NCBI GenBank assembly: GCA_964016885.1
Contig: OZ024740.1
Span: 323,826,001-323,890,000 of the forward strand
Length of the DNA: 64,000 nt
Direction: 5' to 3'
Origin: Eledone cirrhosa
Lineage: Eukaryota
Part shown: positions 12,108-28,811 of the stretch, one piece after another
Position numbering within the stretch: position 1 is the first letter of the stretch
Layout of the letters: each line of letters opens with the position of its first letter
Notes under the pieces: generated by a model
Database searches by the model: none
Seen by the model: only the letters and a program-made list of their open reading frames with translations
Told to the model about the DNA's origin: nothing
Made by a program: the position numbers and the translations under genes

Positions 12108-14100
12108 GTTAGTGGTGTTGTTGGTATGGTGGTGTTTGTTGGTGTGTGTTGTGGTTAGTGGTGGTATGGTGGTGTTTGTTGGTGTCTGTTGTGGTTAGTG
12201 GTGGTATGGTGGTGTTTGTTGGTGTGTGTTGTGGTTAGTGGTGGTATGGTGGTGTTTGTTGGTGTCTGTTGTGGTTAGTGGTGGTATGGTGGTGTTTGTT
12301 GGTGTCTTTGGGGTTAGTGGTGGTATGGTGGTGTTTGTTGGTGTCTGTTGTGGTTAGTGGTGGTATGGTGGTGTTTGTTGGTGTCTTTGGGGTTAGTGGT
12401 GGTATGGTGGTGTTTGTGGGTGTCTGTTGTGGTTAGTGGTGGTATGGTGGTGTTTGTGGGTGTCTGTTGTGGTTAGTGGTGGTATGGTGGTGTTTGTTGG
12501 TATCTGTTGTGGTTAGTGGTGGTATGGTGGTGTTTGTTGGTGTGTATTAGGGTTAGTGGTGGTATGGTGGTGTTTGTGGGTATGTGTTGTGGTTAGTGGT
12601 GGTATGATGGTGTTTGTTGGTGTCTGTTGTGGTTAGTGGTGGTATGGTGGTGTTTGTTGGTGTGTGTTGTGGTTAGTGGTGGTATGATGGTGTTTGTTGG
12701 TGTCTGTTGTGGTTAGTGGTGGTATGGTAGTGTTTGTTGGTGTGTATTGGGGTTAGTGGTGGTATGGTGGTGTTTGTTGGTGTCTGTTGTGGTTAGTGGT
12801 GGTATGATGGTGTTTGTTGGTGTCTGTTGTGGTTAGTGGTGGTATGGTGGTGTTTGTGGGTGTCTGTTGTGGTTAGTGGTGGTATGGTGGTGTTTGTTGG
12901 TGTCTTTGGGGTTAGTGGTGGTATGGTGGTGTTTGTTGGTGTATGTTGTGGTTAGTGGTGGTATGGTGGTCTTTGTTGGTGTCTGTTGTGGTTAGTGTTG
13001 GTATGGTGGTCTTTGTTGGTGTCTGTTGTGGTTAGTGGTGGTATGGTGGTGTTTGTTGGTGTCTGTTGTGGTTAGTGGTGGTATGGTGGTGTTTGTTGGT
13101 GTCTGTTGTGGTTAGTGGTGGTATGGTGGTGTTTGTTGGTGTCTGTTGTGGTTAGTGGTGGTATGATGGTGTTTGTTGGTGTCTGTTGTGGTTAGTGGTG
13201 GTATGGTGGTGTTTGTTGGTGTCTGTTGTGGTTAGTGGTGGTATGGTGGTGTTTGTTGGTGTCTGTTGTGGTTAGTGGTGGTATGGTGGTGTTTGTTGGT
13301 GTCTGTTGTGGTTAGTGGTTTTATGATGGTGTTTGTTGGTGTCTGTTGTGGTTAGTGGTGGTATGGTGGTGTTTGTTGGTGTCTGTTGTGGTTAGTGGTG
13401 GTATGATGGTGTTTGTTGGTGTCTGTTGTGGTTAGTGGTGGTATGGTGGTGTTTGTTGGTGTCTGTTGTGGTTAGTGGTGGTATGGTGGTGTTTGTTGGT
13501 GTCTGTTGTGGTTAGTGGTGGTATGGTGGTGTTTGTTGGTGTCTGTTGTGGTTAGTGGTGGTATGGTGGTGTTTGTTGGTGTCATTGGGGTTAGTGGTGG
13601 TATGGTGGTGTTTGTTGGTGTATGTTGTGGTTAGTGGTGGTATGGTGGTCTTTGTTGGTGTCTGTTGTGGTTAGTGTTGGTATGGTGGTCTTTGTTGGTG
13701 TCTGTTGTGGTTAGTGGTGGTATGGTGGTGTTTGTTGGTGTCTGTTGTGGTTAGTGGTGGTATGGTGGTCTTTGTGGGTGTTTGTTGTGGTTAGTGGTGG
13801 TATGGTGGTGTTTGTTGGTGTGTTTGTGGTTAGTGGTGGTATGGTGGTGTTTGTGGGTGTTTGATGTGGTTAGTGGTGGTATGGTGGTGTTTGTTGGTGT
13901 CTGTTGTGGTGTGGTTAGTGGTGGTATGGTGGTGTTTGTAGGTGTCTGTTGTGGTTAGTGGTGGTATGGTGGTGTTTGTTGGTGTGTGTTGTGGTTAGTG
14001 GTGGTATGGTGGTGTTTGTGGTTGTGTATTGTGGTTAGTGGTGGTATGGTGGTGTTTGTGGGTGTGTGTTATGGTTAGTGGTGGTATGGTGGTGTGGTGT
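12108..14100. repeat. 40-bp G/T-rich minisatellite, ~50 copies
   Basis: Unit ggttagtggtggtatggtggtgtttgttggtgtctgttgt. Confidence 0.95.
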
Positions 14101-14282
14101 GGTTGGTGGTGGTACGGTGGTGTACATGTGTGTGTGGTGGTTGGTGGTGGTGTTATGTCGTTGGTTTTGTTACTGATGAATGTTGTGTTGTTGGCTTGAG
14201 ATTTATTCGGAAAATGTTATTATTCTTGTAAACTCGATTTACTTTTTGTACTGCTAATATTTAAAAGAAATTAATCTAAAAA

Positions 14283-14453
14283 TATACACACACAAACACA
14301 CACACAAACTCTCACATAAACGCACACAAACACACAAACACACACACACTCACTCACACACAGACACACACACACAGACACATACAAACACGCACATACA
14401 CATACATATACACACATACAAATACAAATACACACATGCACACCCACCCACAG

Positions 14454-14484
<31 letters not shown>

Positions 14485-17285
14485 TACACATACAAACAGA
14501 CGCACACACACACTCAGGCACACAGACACACAGACATATACAAATACAGACACACATCTATACTTTTTTGTGTTTATATAAAATGTCTATAGTTCAAACG
14601 GATTACGAAAGAGTCATAAAAAAGAACTGCAACAAGATGGCGGATCGCTAGACAGACTGAGGAGCAGATTGATGGATCGTCTGCTTGATCAACTGGAATA
14701 CAGAAAGATTCACACACATACATGCATGTACACATTCATACACACGGACATACACACGCATGCATACACACGAAGGCATAAAAACATCCACATAGACACA
14801 CACAGGTATGCATACATACACACACAGGCATACACACACGCATACATTCACACATATGTACACACACATATACACACATACACACACATGCAAGCATTTA
14901 CACAGACATGCACACAGACATACACATACACATATACGCATGTACAGATTTATACACACATACACACATACATACACACACATGCATGGAAACACACACA
15001 TACACACACAGGCATACACACATACATACACACACATGCATACACACATATGCATACACACATGCATACACTCACACATATATACAAACACATACACAGG
15101 CATACGCACATATACACATACTCATTCGCACACATGCACTCACACATATGCGCGTGCACACACATACACTCACACATACATACACACATACACAGGCATA
15201 CACGCATATATACGCATACTCATTCACAAGCATTCACTCATACACATACATATACACCTATGTATGGATGGATCGTCTACTAAAGAGTACAAGGACACCT
15301 ACACAAACACAAACACAAATACACAACGGTACATACACATGTACACACATATACAGACACACACACAAGAACACACACAGATAGGCCATGTGCTTGATCA
15401 AGTGAAATACAGTGAAATTCCGTTATAACGAAATTCGTTTTAACAAAAAATTCTTTATAACGTGATCGACCTAATACATCGAGCGTGTGGCCGGGTATTG
15501 AAAAAAATTTCGTTATACTGAAAAATTTGTTATACAGTGAAATTCCGTTATAACGAAATTCACGGGTATAAAAATGAACTCGTTGCAACGAAAAATTCTT
15601 TATAACGAGATCCACTTAACGCATCAAGCGTGTGGACGGGGATTGTAAAAAAATTCGTTATACTGAAAAATTCGTTATATCGGAATTCTACCTGTATAGA
15701 GAAAAACACACACACCTCAAGTTCATACGCATACACATAGACACACATACACACACACATAAGCACACAAACACAGATTGTTATATCATCTGTTTGATCA
15801 ACTGAAATACGAAAAACACTCGAACACACACAAGCACACATTAATACAAAATGACATACACACACAAAATGACATAACATGCACAGAAACACACACATAC
15901 ACAGAAACACACACATACACACAAACGCACACATGCACAGAAACACACACATACACAGAAACACACACATACACACAAACGCACATATGCACAGAAACAC
16001 ACACATACACACAAACGCACACATACACAGAAACACACACATACACAGAAACACACACACAAACACAAACGCACACATGCACAGAAACACACACATACAC
16101 AGAAACACACACACAAACACGAACGCACACATACACACAAACGCACACATACACACAAACGCACACATTACGCACGTACGCACAAATGCACACATACACG
16201 CAAACGCCTACATACACACATACACGCAAACGCCCACATACACACATACACACAAACGCCCACATACACACATAGGCACAAATGCACACATACATACAAA
16301 CGCACACATACACACAGTTTGATGGATCGTCTGCCTGATCAACTGTCATACACAGAAAAACACGAAGCAATATAGAAGAAATATATTTAAAAAACCCAAA
16401 ACATACGTAACACACGTAATTATTTACTTACACACGTCCAGACAGACATACATGTACACATACAAACATATACATGCACTACATACCCACAAACACGTGT
16501 ATATACACACATATAAAAGCACACACTCACACTCACAGTAACACACCTTTTCATATACACACATAAACGTACATATACGCAAAATAAACGCACACACTCA
16601 CACACACGCAGTAACACACCTATATATACACACAAAAACATGCATATACGCAAAAATAAACGCACTCACCCACGAACAGTAAAACACCTATACATATACA
16701 CACAAAAGCGTGCATATACGCAAATATAAATGCACACACTCACACACAGTAACACACCTATACATATACACATAAAAACCTACACGCATACACACACACA
16801 CAAGGTCACATACACGTCTACACACATCCACACACATCCACACACATCCATTCACACACAGTAACACACCTATACATATACACACAAAAACCTACACGCA
16901 TACACACATACACAAGGTCACATACACGTCCAGACCTACACATCCACACACATCCACTCATACAGAGTAACACACCTATACATATACACACAAAAACCTA
17001 CACGCATACACACACACACAAGGTCACATACACGTCCACACAGATCCACACATCCACTCACGCACACAGTCACACACCTATACATATACACACAAAATCC
17101 TACACGCATACACACACACACAAGGTCACATACACGTCCACACACATCCACACATCCACTCACGCACACAGTAACACACCGATACATATACACACAAAAA
17201 CCTACACGCATACACACACGCAAGGTCACATATACGTCCACACACATCCATTCACATATACACACACATCCACTCACACACAGAT
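14283..17285. repeat. CA-rich low-complexity/minisatellite region, including a ~100-bp unit at 16740-17280
   Basis: agt(a/c)acacacc.atac recurs at ~16748, 16860, 16966, 17068 and 17170. Confidence 0.8.
15410..15694. mobile_element. Tc1/mariner/pogo-type MITE, partial tandem (15410-15534 plus 15535-15694)
   Basis: TA|cagtgaaattccgttataacgaa ... ttcgttatatcggaattctacctg|TA terminal inverted repeats, with internal cgttata sub-repeats. Confidence 0.75.
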
Positions 17286-17411
17286 CAATCCAGACTAAAC
17301 AGACAAGATATATAGACGATTTGAAGCGAGAAAATCGGATGACTACAGAGATAAAGAAAAGCTTTAAAAAGATTAACTGGAAAAAAAAATCATATACATT
17401 CATACATACAT

Positions 17412-17575
<164 letters not shown>

Positions 17576-17602
17576 TAGATAACACACATAAATTCACTCG
17601 CA

Positions 17603-17642
<40 letters not shown>

Positions 17643-17721
17643 CATTGTTTATCTGGTTAAGTAATGACGACATGTATGACAATATCAGCCACCCACATAA
17701 CAAGATATATAGACATATATT

Positions 17722-17800
<79 letters not shown>

Positions 17801-18028
17801 GTGTTTGTATTAAGTGTGTATGTACGTATGTGTGTATTTATGTATGTATTTATGTATGAATGTATGTATGTGGATGGACATACGCATTTATATCTATGTA
17901 AAATAAAACTCCAATAGAGAATAAGAATTAAACATTTGAATTAACCTTATTTAAATCGGGTTAAATTTCTCAGGAGGGGGTTGACATCTATTCTATATAT
18001 TCTTAATTCCATGCCATATACATCAGAT

Positions 18029-18100
<72 letters not shown>

Positions 18101-18591
18101 TAATATAACTGCAATTTTTCTTCCTATGTATTTTGTTTCATTTATTACCTATACATGTATATGTAAGTATGTATATATATATTATATATATATATATTAT
18201 ATATATATATATATATGGAGGGGTGTATTATATATATATATAATCATATGTGTACTTGTGTATATTATTTATTTAGATTTATCTATGACATGTTTTTGGA
18301 GGAATATTTTAAATGTATTTGATTTATTGATATATGCCATAATATATGTAGCGTTCGCCATATTTTTTAAGCATTCTTTCTCTCGTATCTTTTGATATTT
18401 ATTATTACGTGTGGCACCAGCTTTGGAAAGGGTTAAGATTTCTGGTTTTGTTGCAATCGCTTGAAGAAGAATCGCTCAGCATGATTTCATTCATTAAAGT
18501 GTAGTGAACTTGGGTGAACTCTACTGAAACTCTGCGTAAAGGGTAACGCACATATAGTTATATAGTTCGTAAACACACGCACACACGCGGG

Positions 18592-18661
<70 letters not shown>

Positions 18662-19019
18662 CGCACAGACACAGATAGAGATTCACACAGGCAAATATAC
18701 ACACATACACTCATACATGTAGGTACAAACACCTATACGCAAATTCACATACACAGGCACATACATGCACACAAATACAGACATATATACGAGTATACAC
18801 ATACACATAGATACATACATATACAAGCACATGCACACACACATGAACGCATATACACTCCCACATGCAGGCACATGCAGATAGATACGCAAACAAGCTC
18901 ATATACTAAGATAGGCATATATATAAAACAGAAACATTCATAAAGACAGGAACACACGCATTCACGTTGCCACACGCACACACACACAGCACAAGCACAT
19001 ATACACACAGGCAAACACA

Positions 19020-19095
<76 letters not shown>

Positions 19096-19239
19096 TACCC
19101 TGGCACGGATACACACACAGTTACATACACAAACACACAGTCCGAATGTCCATCCATATATATTCGGTATGTCCATGATTCTATCTATATTAGAACTGAT
19201 AATTATTTGCTTAGAATTTACATACAATCCTTTCAATTT

Positions 19240-19810
19240 GGCGGTGATTTGCCAGGGGCATTAGAGCGTCAACTGAAATGTATTGCACCTCTGATTTTGA
19301 CTTCACAGTTGAGCTCAAACTTGCTATTCGTCTTTCTGGGGTCGAGTAAATTTAGTACCAGTCTAAAGCTGAACCGGTAGAGCGTCGGACAGGACACCTT
19401 ATTCTATGTTCCCGTATATTTGTATTCTGAGTTTAAATCCTGCCTTTCATCCTTACGGAATAAAAAAAAATATAGTACCAGTGATTTACTGGGTTGGTTT
19501 TAATCGACTTTATTCTCTACACAAATAAAGAAGCACATTGAAAATAAAAGATGGTTATTTGTGATTCAATATCACAAACTAACTTGATATTCTTGATCCA
19601 CGAGAGTATTAGATAGGCAGAATTGGTAGAGCGTCGAATCAAATGACATCGCACTATTTGTTCTGGATATTTCAATTCTGAACTGAAATTCCGCCTAGCT
19701 TCATTTTGTTTCTTATCCTTCAGGGATTGGTAAAAAAAGGTACTACTCAAGTACTTGGATAAATATAATCAATTTTGCGTTTCGCACATTTTCCCGACTT
19801 TCTGCCTAAA
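19240..19810 (+). mobile_element. Cluster of old degenerate SINE copies
   Basis: Eroded ggtagagcgtcg / gagtt.aaatcc / gcctttcatcctt / agtaccag motifs. Confidence 0.55.
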
Positions 19811-19904
19811 TTAGACATCAATATTCGTGATCTTCTCTCTGTTCATCACAACAATCCTTCCCACTAAAAATAATTCAAGTATATGTCTTTATTTTTTACT
19901 GAAT

Positions 19905-20205
19905 TTTTACTCACGTAAGTTGTATTAAACACTGGTAAATTAAGTGTGTTTCGTAAGTTTATACAACATTTAGAGCTTACTGATTCCTAATTCACGTAAG
20001 TTTATTACAAACTGGTAAATTAAGTATGTTTTGTAAGTTTATATAACATTTAGATTTTACTGGTTCTCTACTGACGGAAGTTCTATTAAACACTGGTAAA
20101 TTGGTTAGGTTTTGTAGTTTATATAGCATTTAGAGTTTACTGATTCCTTATTCACGTAAGTTTTAATAAACACTGGTAAATTAGTTGTGTTATGTAAATT
20201 TATAT
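19905..20205. repeat. 80-bp tandem repeat, ~3.7 diverged copies
   Basis: actggtaaatt recurs at 80-bp spacing (~19931, 20011, 20092, 20172). Confidence 0.8.
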
Positions 20206-20464
20206 TCGAACAATGTTTTGTTGTAGTAAATAGGAATTAAATTCTGTTACAAGGAGTCAATCAAGCAAAAAGTTTTAGGAGCTATGATCTATATAGAAAA
20301 GTGATAGGAGGAGGTAGATCTTTAGAAGTGGGAGGACGGGGTGGTAGGCTTATAGAGGAAAAGGGGGCCGATAACTTAAACCTATTGAAAAAGGAAATCG
20401 AGGGTATATACATTTAGATGAAGGCAGAACAAGGAAAGAAGATTAAACGTATAAGAAACGTGGG

Positions 20465-20519
<55 letters not shown>

Positions 20520-20640
20520 ATATATATAAACATATATATATATATATATAAACATATATTTATATATATATACATATATTTATATATATATATATGTAAA
20601 TATATATGTATGTATATATCTATGTATGTATATGTATATA

Positions 20641-20721
<81 letters not shown>

Positions 20722-20876
20722 TTATTTACTTATTTATATATATGTGTGTTTGTGTGCATGTATTATATATATTATAAACAATGTATTCTGTCATCCCTTG
20801 AAGTATTGCAAAGATTACTTATATAGCTGTACACATTTTTTTATTTAGTTGACAGTTGATGTGCATATTTTACTCT

Positions 20877-20963
<87 letters not shown>

Positions 20964-22698
20964 TATATATACATATATAATGGATATATAATGCAGCCTT
21001 TAGAAAGAAAGTGACATTGTATAATGAAGAATTCCTTTGTAACCTTTTTCCCTTTTCAATGGGAAATATTAAAAAATAAACTTAAAAATAAGATTAGCTT
21101 TGGTATGTGTGTAAACATATGTAAACAATACTGTGCTGGCACAAATACCAACCTACCTGCTAGAAATAGTAGCCAATTTAATATAATAAATAAACACCAT
21201 ATTTCCATCTTAACAATAAGACACATTTCAGTATTAAGTATTAAGAAACTCTTGAGAGAGGTGGACAGAAGAAAGTTTTCAGAGAAGAAACATTACGCCC
21301 ATGCAAGTGTATCAGCCCTAAACGTCTTACACTCTAAGGGAGCCGGGCCACATTCAAGTCATGGCTGTCCCTCTGCTGACACATTTTAGCCACTGTATAT
21401 ATTAGCAAAATAGTCAGATATCATACAAAATCATTTGTCTCATATGTCATCTTTGCTTTGTATCATTTTGGAGCCTATAAAATAATGTGTTACTCAAACA
21501 CTGTTGATCATTTAAACGACTTTCCCCTACAGACAAATATGCTGCTCCCATGCTTAAATTAGAAAGCATTGTGTAGTCCTGCATATAGAGAAAAAGAAAG
21601 CAGTATTGGAAACGACTATAAATGTCATAAATGAAAGGAAAAAGAGGGAAAGAACAAGGACTTTTAGAACAAAGGAAGAAAGAAAGGGGGAAGAGGACAG
21701 ACTCTACACCTAGGTCAGAGCGGTGCTTCGGCTGCGCCCCGTGGACAAAATCGCACAGACATTTCCGTGGTCAATGACCAGTAACACACACTGCAACAAC
21801 CACCCCACCTCGTGGGTCTCCTTCCTCTGACGGGCTGCTATCGATCAGATTTTACGGAGGTCATCTGTCCGAGGTTCGAGGATGCCTGAGGTCTTGACAG
21901 CAACCAGCTCCGGTATTTGCTTGTCTTCCTATTCTCTGCATATATTTTCTTAAAATAAGACGGAATCGCCATGCCTTGAAGGCCCCTGTCTTAAGATAAG
22001 TCCCTCGTCGCTTGCTTCCGTCTAAACCATCTGTTACGTAACTATTTGTCTGAATATGCTGTTACAAAAGATATTCCGGTGAAAGATAACCACTGTTGGA
22101 CAGCAGAAAAATTCACCTGTCAGCTCTCAAGATTTGGTCAGTAATTTACTGTCTAATCTCTTTAACCCTGATCTGGTGATTCTGTCGCAATAACTTAACT
22201 TTCTGTGTTTAAAGGTGGCAAGAAACAGAGCAGTAAAACACCGTTCTAAATAATTAACAGATTTTAAACGTAAGGTTAATTTAATATTTGTTGAAGAGTT
22301 GGCGAATTTCAATATTTTAGACGGCATTTCTCTAAATGTGATGTTATATTACTTTAACACCTAACACGTTTATATATGTATGTGAGTGGTGATTACATTT
22401 TTGAGTGAGGCATGGAGCCTAAAAGAAATACGGTTGAGAAGCACCTATTTTAGTATTTTCTTTCCTCACTCCTTTTCTTTTTTTTCGGTTTAAATTCAGC
22501 CTAGAGTGAACTTTGCCTCTGGGATCGATAAATAATTACCAGTCTTGTACTGAGGTGAAATTCAATCGACTGAATAACTCCTTTGAAATATATATATATA
22601 TACATATATGTATCAAGGAAACAAGAAACAACCAAGAGGATACATTAACATAAAGTGGTATTAGTTTCAAACTTAAAAGAAAGCGAATGTGTTACTAT

Positions 22699-22735
<37 letters not shown>

Positions 22736-22736
22736 G

Positions 22737-22895
22737 TTTATCCCGGGTTCAATCGGGGGTAACCACAGTAAGTAAGGTACTCAATACATAGCAGAGTATA
22801 CATATTTAATATAGAAATGGCTTCTACAGGACTAGAACTGTTTCATTCGGGAGAAATCATCAAGCCTTCCTGATTAAACATTTCTATATTAAATA
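22737..22895 (-). mobile_element. (TA)n-inserted element with HHR motif (22827-22872) and a short fold-back end
   Basis: caggaaggc TTGATGA T TTC TCCC GAA T GAAA CAG TT ctagtcctg; nearly identical to 6979-7100. Confidence 0.65.
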
Positions 22896-22974
22896 TAGAT
22901 ATATATGAAACTATCAGAATGGATAATCTTGATGGTTTCATACCAATGAAAGCCATTTCTATATATAATGGTTA

Positions 22975-23182
22975 CTACATTAGGCACAACGCCAGTAATT
23001 TTGAGGGGAGGGGAAAGTAAATTAAATCCACCCCAGTGCGTTACTGGTACTTTATTTTATCGACCCCGTAAGAATGAAAGGCAGAGCTAACCTCAGCGGG
23101 ATTTGAACAGAGAAAGTAAAGGGACTTAACTATGCCACGAAGCATAGTGTCCGACGTTCTACCGATACTGCCAATCTACCGC
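22975..23182 (-). mobile_element. tRNA-derived SINE
   Basis: Same head and body as the other copies. Confidence 0.8.
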
Positions 23183-23545
23183 TCTATTTCTATCTATAAT
23201 AAAGTTACCTATACCCTATCAAGACCTCTTCACCTTTCAAAGAGCCACGCAATGGGACTGAAACCGATAATGAAATGATAAATATTTTCTGACTATGGGA
23301 GAATGCGACACCGAAGATATATACGCAGTCACATGATTAATCAATAATAAATATGGATGTTAGATCCTTCCCGCTGTTATTTATTACTTCATTAATTCAA
23401 ACTTTGTTGACATTTTGAAAAGTGATTCTTTCAGTTCAGTAGAGATTCCATAATGTCTTCTATTACAATGAAGGAGAGCTTGTGAAATAGACTTAATTAT
23501 GTCTTTACTGTTCCTGGCACTAATTATATCGGGTTTCGTGGTAAT

Positions 23546-24289
23546 ATAAGATATGTCGAAAAAGTATCCGACTTTATTTTCGTTCGTGGAAGGTCAAGGC
23601 GTTAGCGAGACAAAAGTGCGCAAAGGGAGGATGCATCTATATGGTTCTTGGCGAGCTTACTTGATACGTCAGTTGTTGTCGAGCGGTTAGCCTGTGAAGT
23701 TCTTACTCGACGCATCTTCATTTCACTACTAAACAAGAGCCATAAGTTCTTGAATAACTGTAGATGAGTGGATGGCGTACAGGGTATGAACCAAAAACCA
23801 ATCCTCAATTATAACAGTGTAAATATCCAACGTCGCCATGACTCCAAGGGGTACATCTGGTACGGAGCAAAATCAAAATAATACTAACTGCTTTCTTTGA
23901 CAACCTAGGCGTTGTGTATCACAAATATAGACTAGCAATATAGTCTAGAAAGACAATGCGTTACAAAGGAACACTGTCGAAAGATTGTCCGACGTCTTTG
24001 TGATGCAATCCAGTGCAAGAGAACTAATCACTGAGCGTCCCAAAACTGAGTGTCACTGAAAGGCTCGGCTCTGTGAGAGTCAAGAGAATATCATGCGGAC
24101 TACGATGGCAAAGCTGAGAACCATTTCGAAAGAAGCATTCAGACGTGCTTTAAACAATGCAAGTACCATTGGGATGTGTAGAGGCACAAGGAGCTTATTT
24201 TGAAGTGAACTTTTAAGGGAATTGACCCCTATTAAGTACGTATATTGTCCTCTCAGCCTAAGAACGGATACTTTTTCGACAAATCTAAT
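23546..24289 (+). mobile_element. Internally deleted mariner element
   Basis: TIRs tgtcgaaaaagtatccg / cggatactttttcgaca; eroded transposase with C-terminal ...CVEAQGAYFE. Confidence 0.7.
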
Positions 24290-25301
24290 ATAATATTATA
24301 CTTGCAACAAACGAAACAAAACTCCAGCTAGACTACGGAAATATATCTTCCATTTAAATATCACATCCCACTTATGTTTAACTCTACCGATATGTACGAG
24401 AATCTATACATGAAATACGTTTATATATATTCAATATCTCCTTTCTCTTACTCCTCTCCGTTTATTTTATCCTCTTTGTTTCTCTCCACATTTCAATCTT
24501 GTTCCTCTTCCTCTCTCTCTCTATTCCTCCAATCTTCTTACTTTCACTCTCTTTCTCTTCCCCACTCTCCATCTTCCTTCGCTTCTCTTCTCTCTGTATC
24601 CTCCTCTCTTTCTCGTTCAATGACGGGTTATCTATGCTGAAGAATATCTTTGTTAAGGTTAATAATTGCTGGATTTCTTTACAATTTCATAAAAACCGTC
24701 ATAAATTTTTCCACGTAGCATTTGTTCTTCGGTGTCCCTCTTACATAGCAATTAACGAACACATTTTATTTATTTCTATACTTTTTATAATTATAATTAT
24801 TGATCGATTTTTCTCTCACTGATTGCAGCTTAGTAAATAAATATGAGAAAATAAATATTACGTAATTATTGACATCTTTCGTTAAAAGCCTGTTTGCACT
24901 TGATTTTCAGGAGTAAGGAAACGGTTTACCAGTGGATATTTACATTTGAACACTTAGAAATAAAATAAAATAAATGAATAATAAATATATGAAAGTGAAA
25001 GTAGCTAATTAACTATCTGGGGATAATACCTTAATTAACAGGTTTCATCTCTATTTAGCCCCGTAAAAGTGTATATTATGAAACTACACCAAATTCAAGG
25101 AGACGAAATAATCTCCCAAACGTGTTTATAATTACATAATATTACAAAAATTGTTTCAACCAGGAAATAATAGTAATTAGGTGTTAGGCAAAATAGCAAA
25201 TATGTGGCGGTATCGTTGAATAAATCTGATAATCACTTCCTAACGTTAACGACGCATGCGCAGGACATATTGTTTTAACAACACATGATTTGACGAGCTT
25301 A

Positions 25302-25374
<73 letters not shown>

Positions 25375-25481
25375 ATGTATATATTTAAAACGTTACACAT
25401 TCGCATACACAATGAAATGCAAGATTAAAATTACACATGTACACACGCAGTAGCATATATATATATATATGTGTATGTGTA

Positions 25482-25512
<31 letters not shown>

Positions 25513-25664
25513 GTATGTATATATATATACATGTGTGTGTATGTATATATGTATGTATGTATATATGTGTATATATATATAGGAACGATCGATTTTCGTC
25601 AAATCGGACCGAGGGAACAATGTTTCCGTTGGTCTTTCCAATTGCTAATACTATCTATCGGTCG

Positions 25665-25800
25665 CAACTCCAGGTAGAAGGAGCAACGTGAAATAAAGTG
25701 TCTTGCTCAAGGACATAACGCATCGCCTGGTCCAGGAATCGAACTCTCAACCTTGCGATTGCGAATCCAATTCCCAAACCACTCAGCCACATGCCTTCAC
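25665..25800 (-). mobile_element. tRNA-head CORE-type SINE
   Basis: A box TGGCTGAGTGG, B box GTTCGATTCC, then tgtccttgagcaagacactttatttcacgttgctcc. Confidence 0.75.
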
Positions 25801-25824
25801 CATATATATGTGTGTGTGTATGTA

Positions 25825-25865
<41 letters not shown>

Positions 25866-26295
25866 ACGCACACTGAAACAGTTAAATAGGCATATATACG
25901 ATAACATACACATACATTTAAACAGTTATACGCATACACAGTAGTATGTACATATAGATTTAAACATATATACTTTCAACAAGTTGCACTCGCACATACA
26001 CAGTAACATGTGCATATATATTTAAATAGTAACACGTGTACACACAGTAACATATACCTTTAAATAACACATACACACAAATACGACTATATGAAATATT
26101 TATACACACTACATTACACATTATAAACAACCGACCTGTGGTACATATAATTTAAGGTGTAGTGTAATCATTAAAATGGCTGCTGCCTCAAAATAGCCCT
26201 GATAATGAATAGTTAGCTCTCTCTCTATATATATGTATATATATATTTATATATTTATTAAAATAACAGATTTTAGTCTTCAAATGTATTATTAT

Positions 26296-27410
<1,115 letters not shown>

Positions 27411-27486
27411 TATATATATATATATGTATGTACATCTATATTCTCTCACTATATATATACTCTCTCACTATATATATATATATATA

Positions 27487-27838
27487 TTTAAAAGTTAAAC
27501 AAGGTTCAATGAATAAATCAAAGAATGAGTTTTACAATAGATTGGAAGCACTCAACAGTTGGTTTTCCACAGTTATTAATATTAATTCAAAATATTAACA
27601 AAATAGATATTCTTGTGATCAAGTATATTTTATTATACATATTTCAGAGGTACTGAGTTAAGTTAAGTACTACCATGACTGAATCTTAACCATCTACTAT
27701 CTCAGGGTATGTCATGTATCATCTTATTTTATCTGATGAGGACGTACTGTTGATCTTAACTCAGTACCTCTGAAATATGTATAATAAAATATACTTGATC
27801 ACAAGAATATCTATTTTGTTAATATTTTGAATTAATAT
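27487..27838. mobile_element. (TA)n-inserted fold-back element (arms ~27579-27662 / 27755-27838)
   Basis: ~84-bp inverted arms; the minus copy extends further, to the left (TA)n. Confidence 0.85.
27725..27791 (+). ncRNA. Hammerhead ribozyme motif
   Basis: tattttat CTGATGA GGACGTACTG..CAGTACCTCT GAAA TATGTA TA ataaaata; perfect 8-bp stem I. Confidence 0.7.
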
Positions 27839-28104
27839 ATATATATATATAAGGACGTATATGCCTTAAATAGGAGGTAAACAAGACTAAACCAACCCAT
27901 GCTATCCCCAAAGCCAAACAAATACAATTCACATTCATAATAACAACCTTAGCCACCAAGCAAACCACTCGAACCATAAATTAAATTCAAACTCGTCTTT
28001 CGGAACCCCCCCCCCGCCCTCTCAATAAAACAACAACCTACTTGCTACAATTAATGGTGTGAGGGTGACTGACGTCGTCAGTCTAAAGATATCGAATCAT
28101 GCAG

Positions 28105-28135
<31 letters not shown>

Positions 28136-28139
28136 CATG

Positions 28140-28810
<671 letters not shown>

Positions 28811-28811
28811 T

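Noticed and set aside
12108-14100. Interstitial telomere
   Set aside because: Only a GGTTAG motif per 40-bp unit; no tandem TTAGGG.
25735-25800. tRNA gene (also the other SINE heads)
   Set aside because: A/B boxes are present but there is no convincing cloverleaf, and the sequence continues into a SINE body.
28064-28106. Possible HHR (CTGACGT...GAAT CATG CA)
   Set aside because: Several core mismatches and no consistent stem I.
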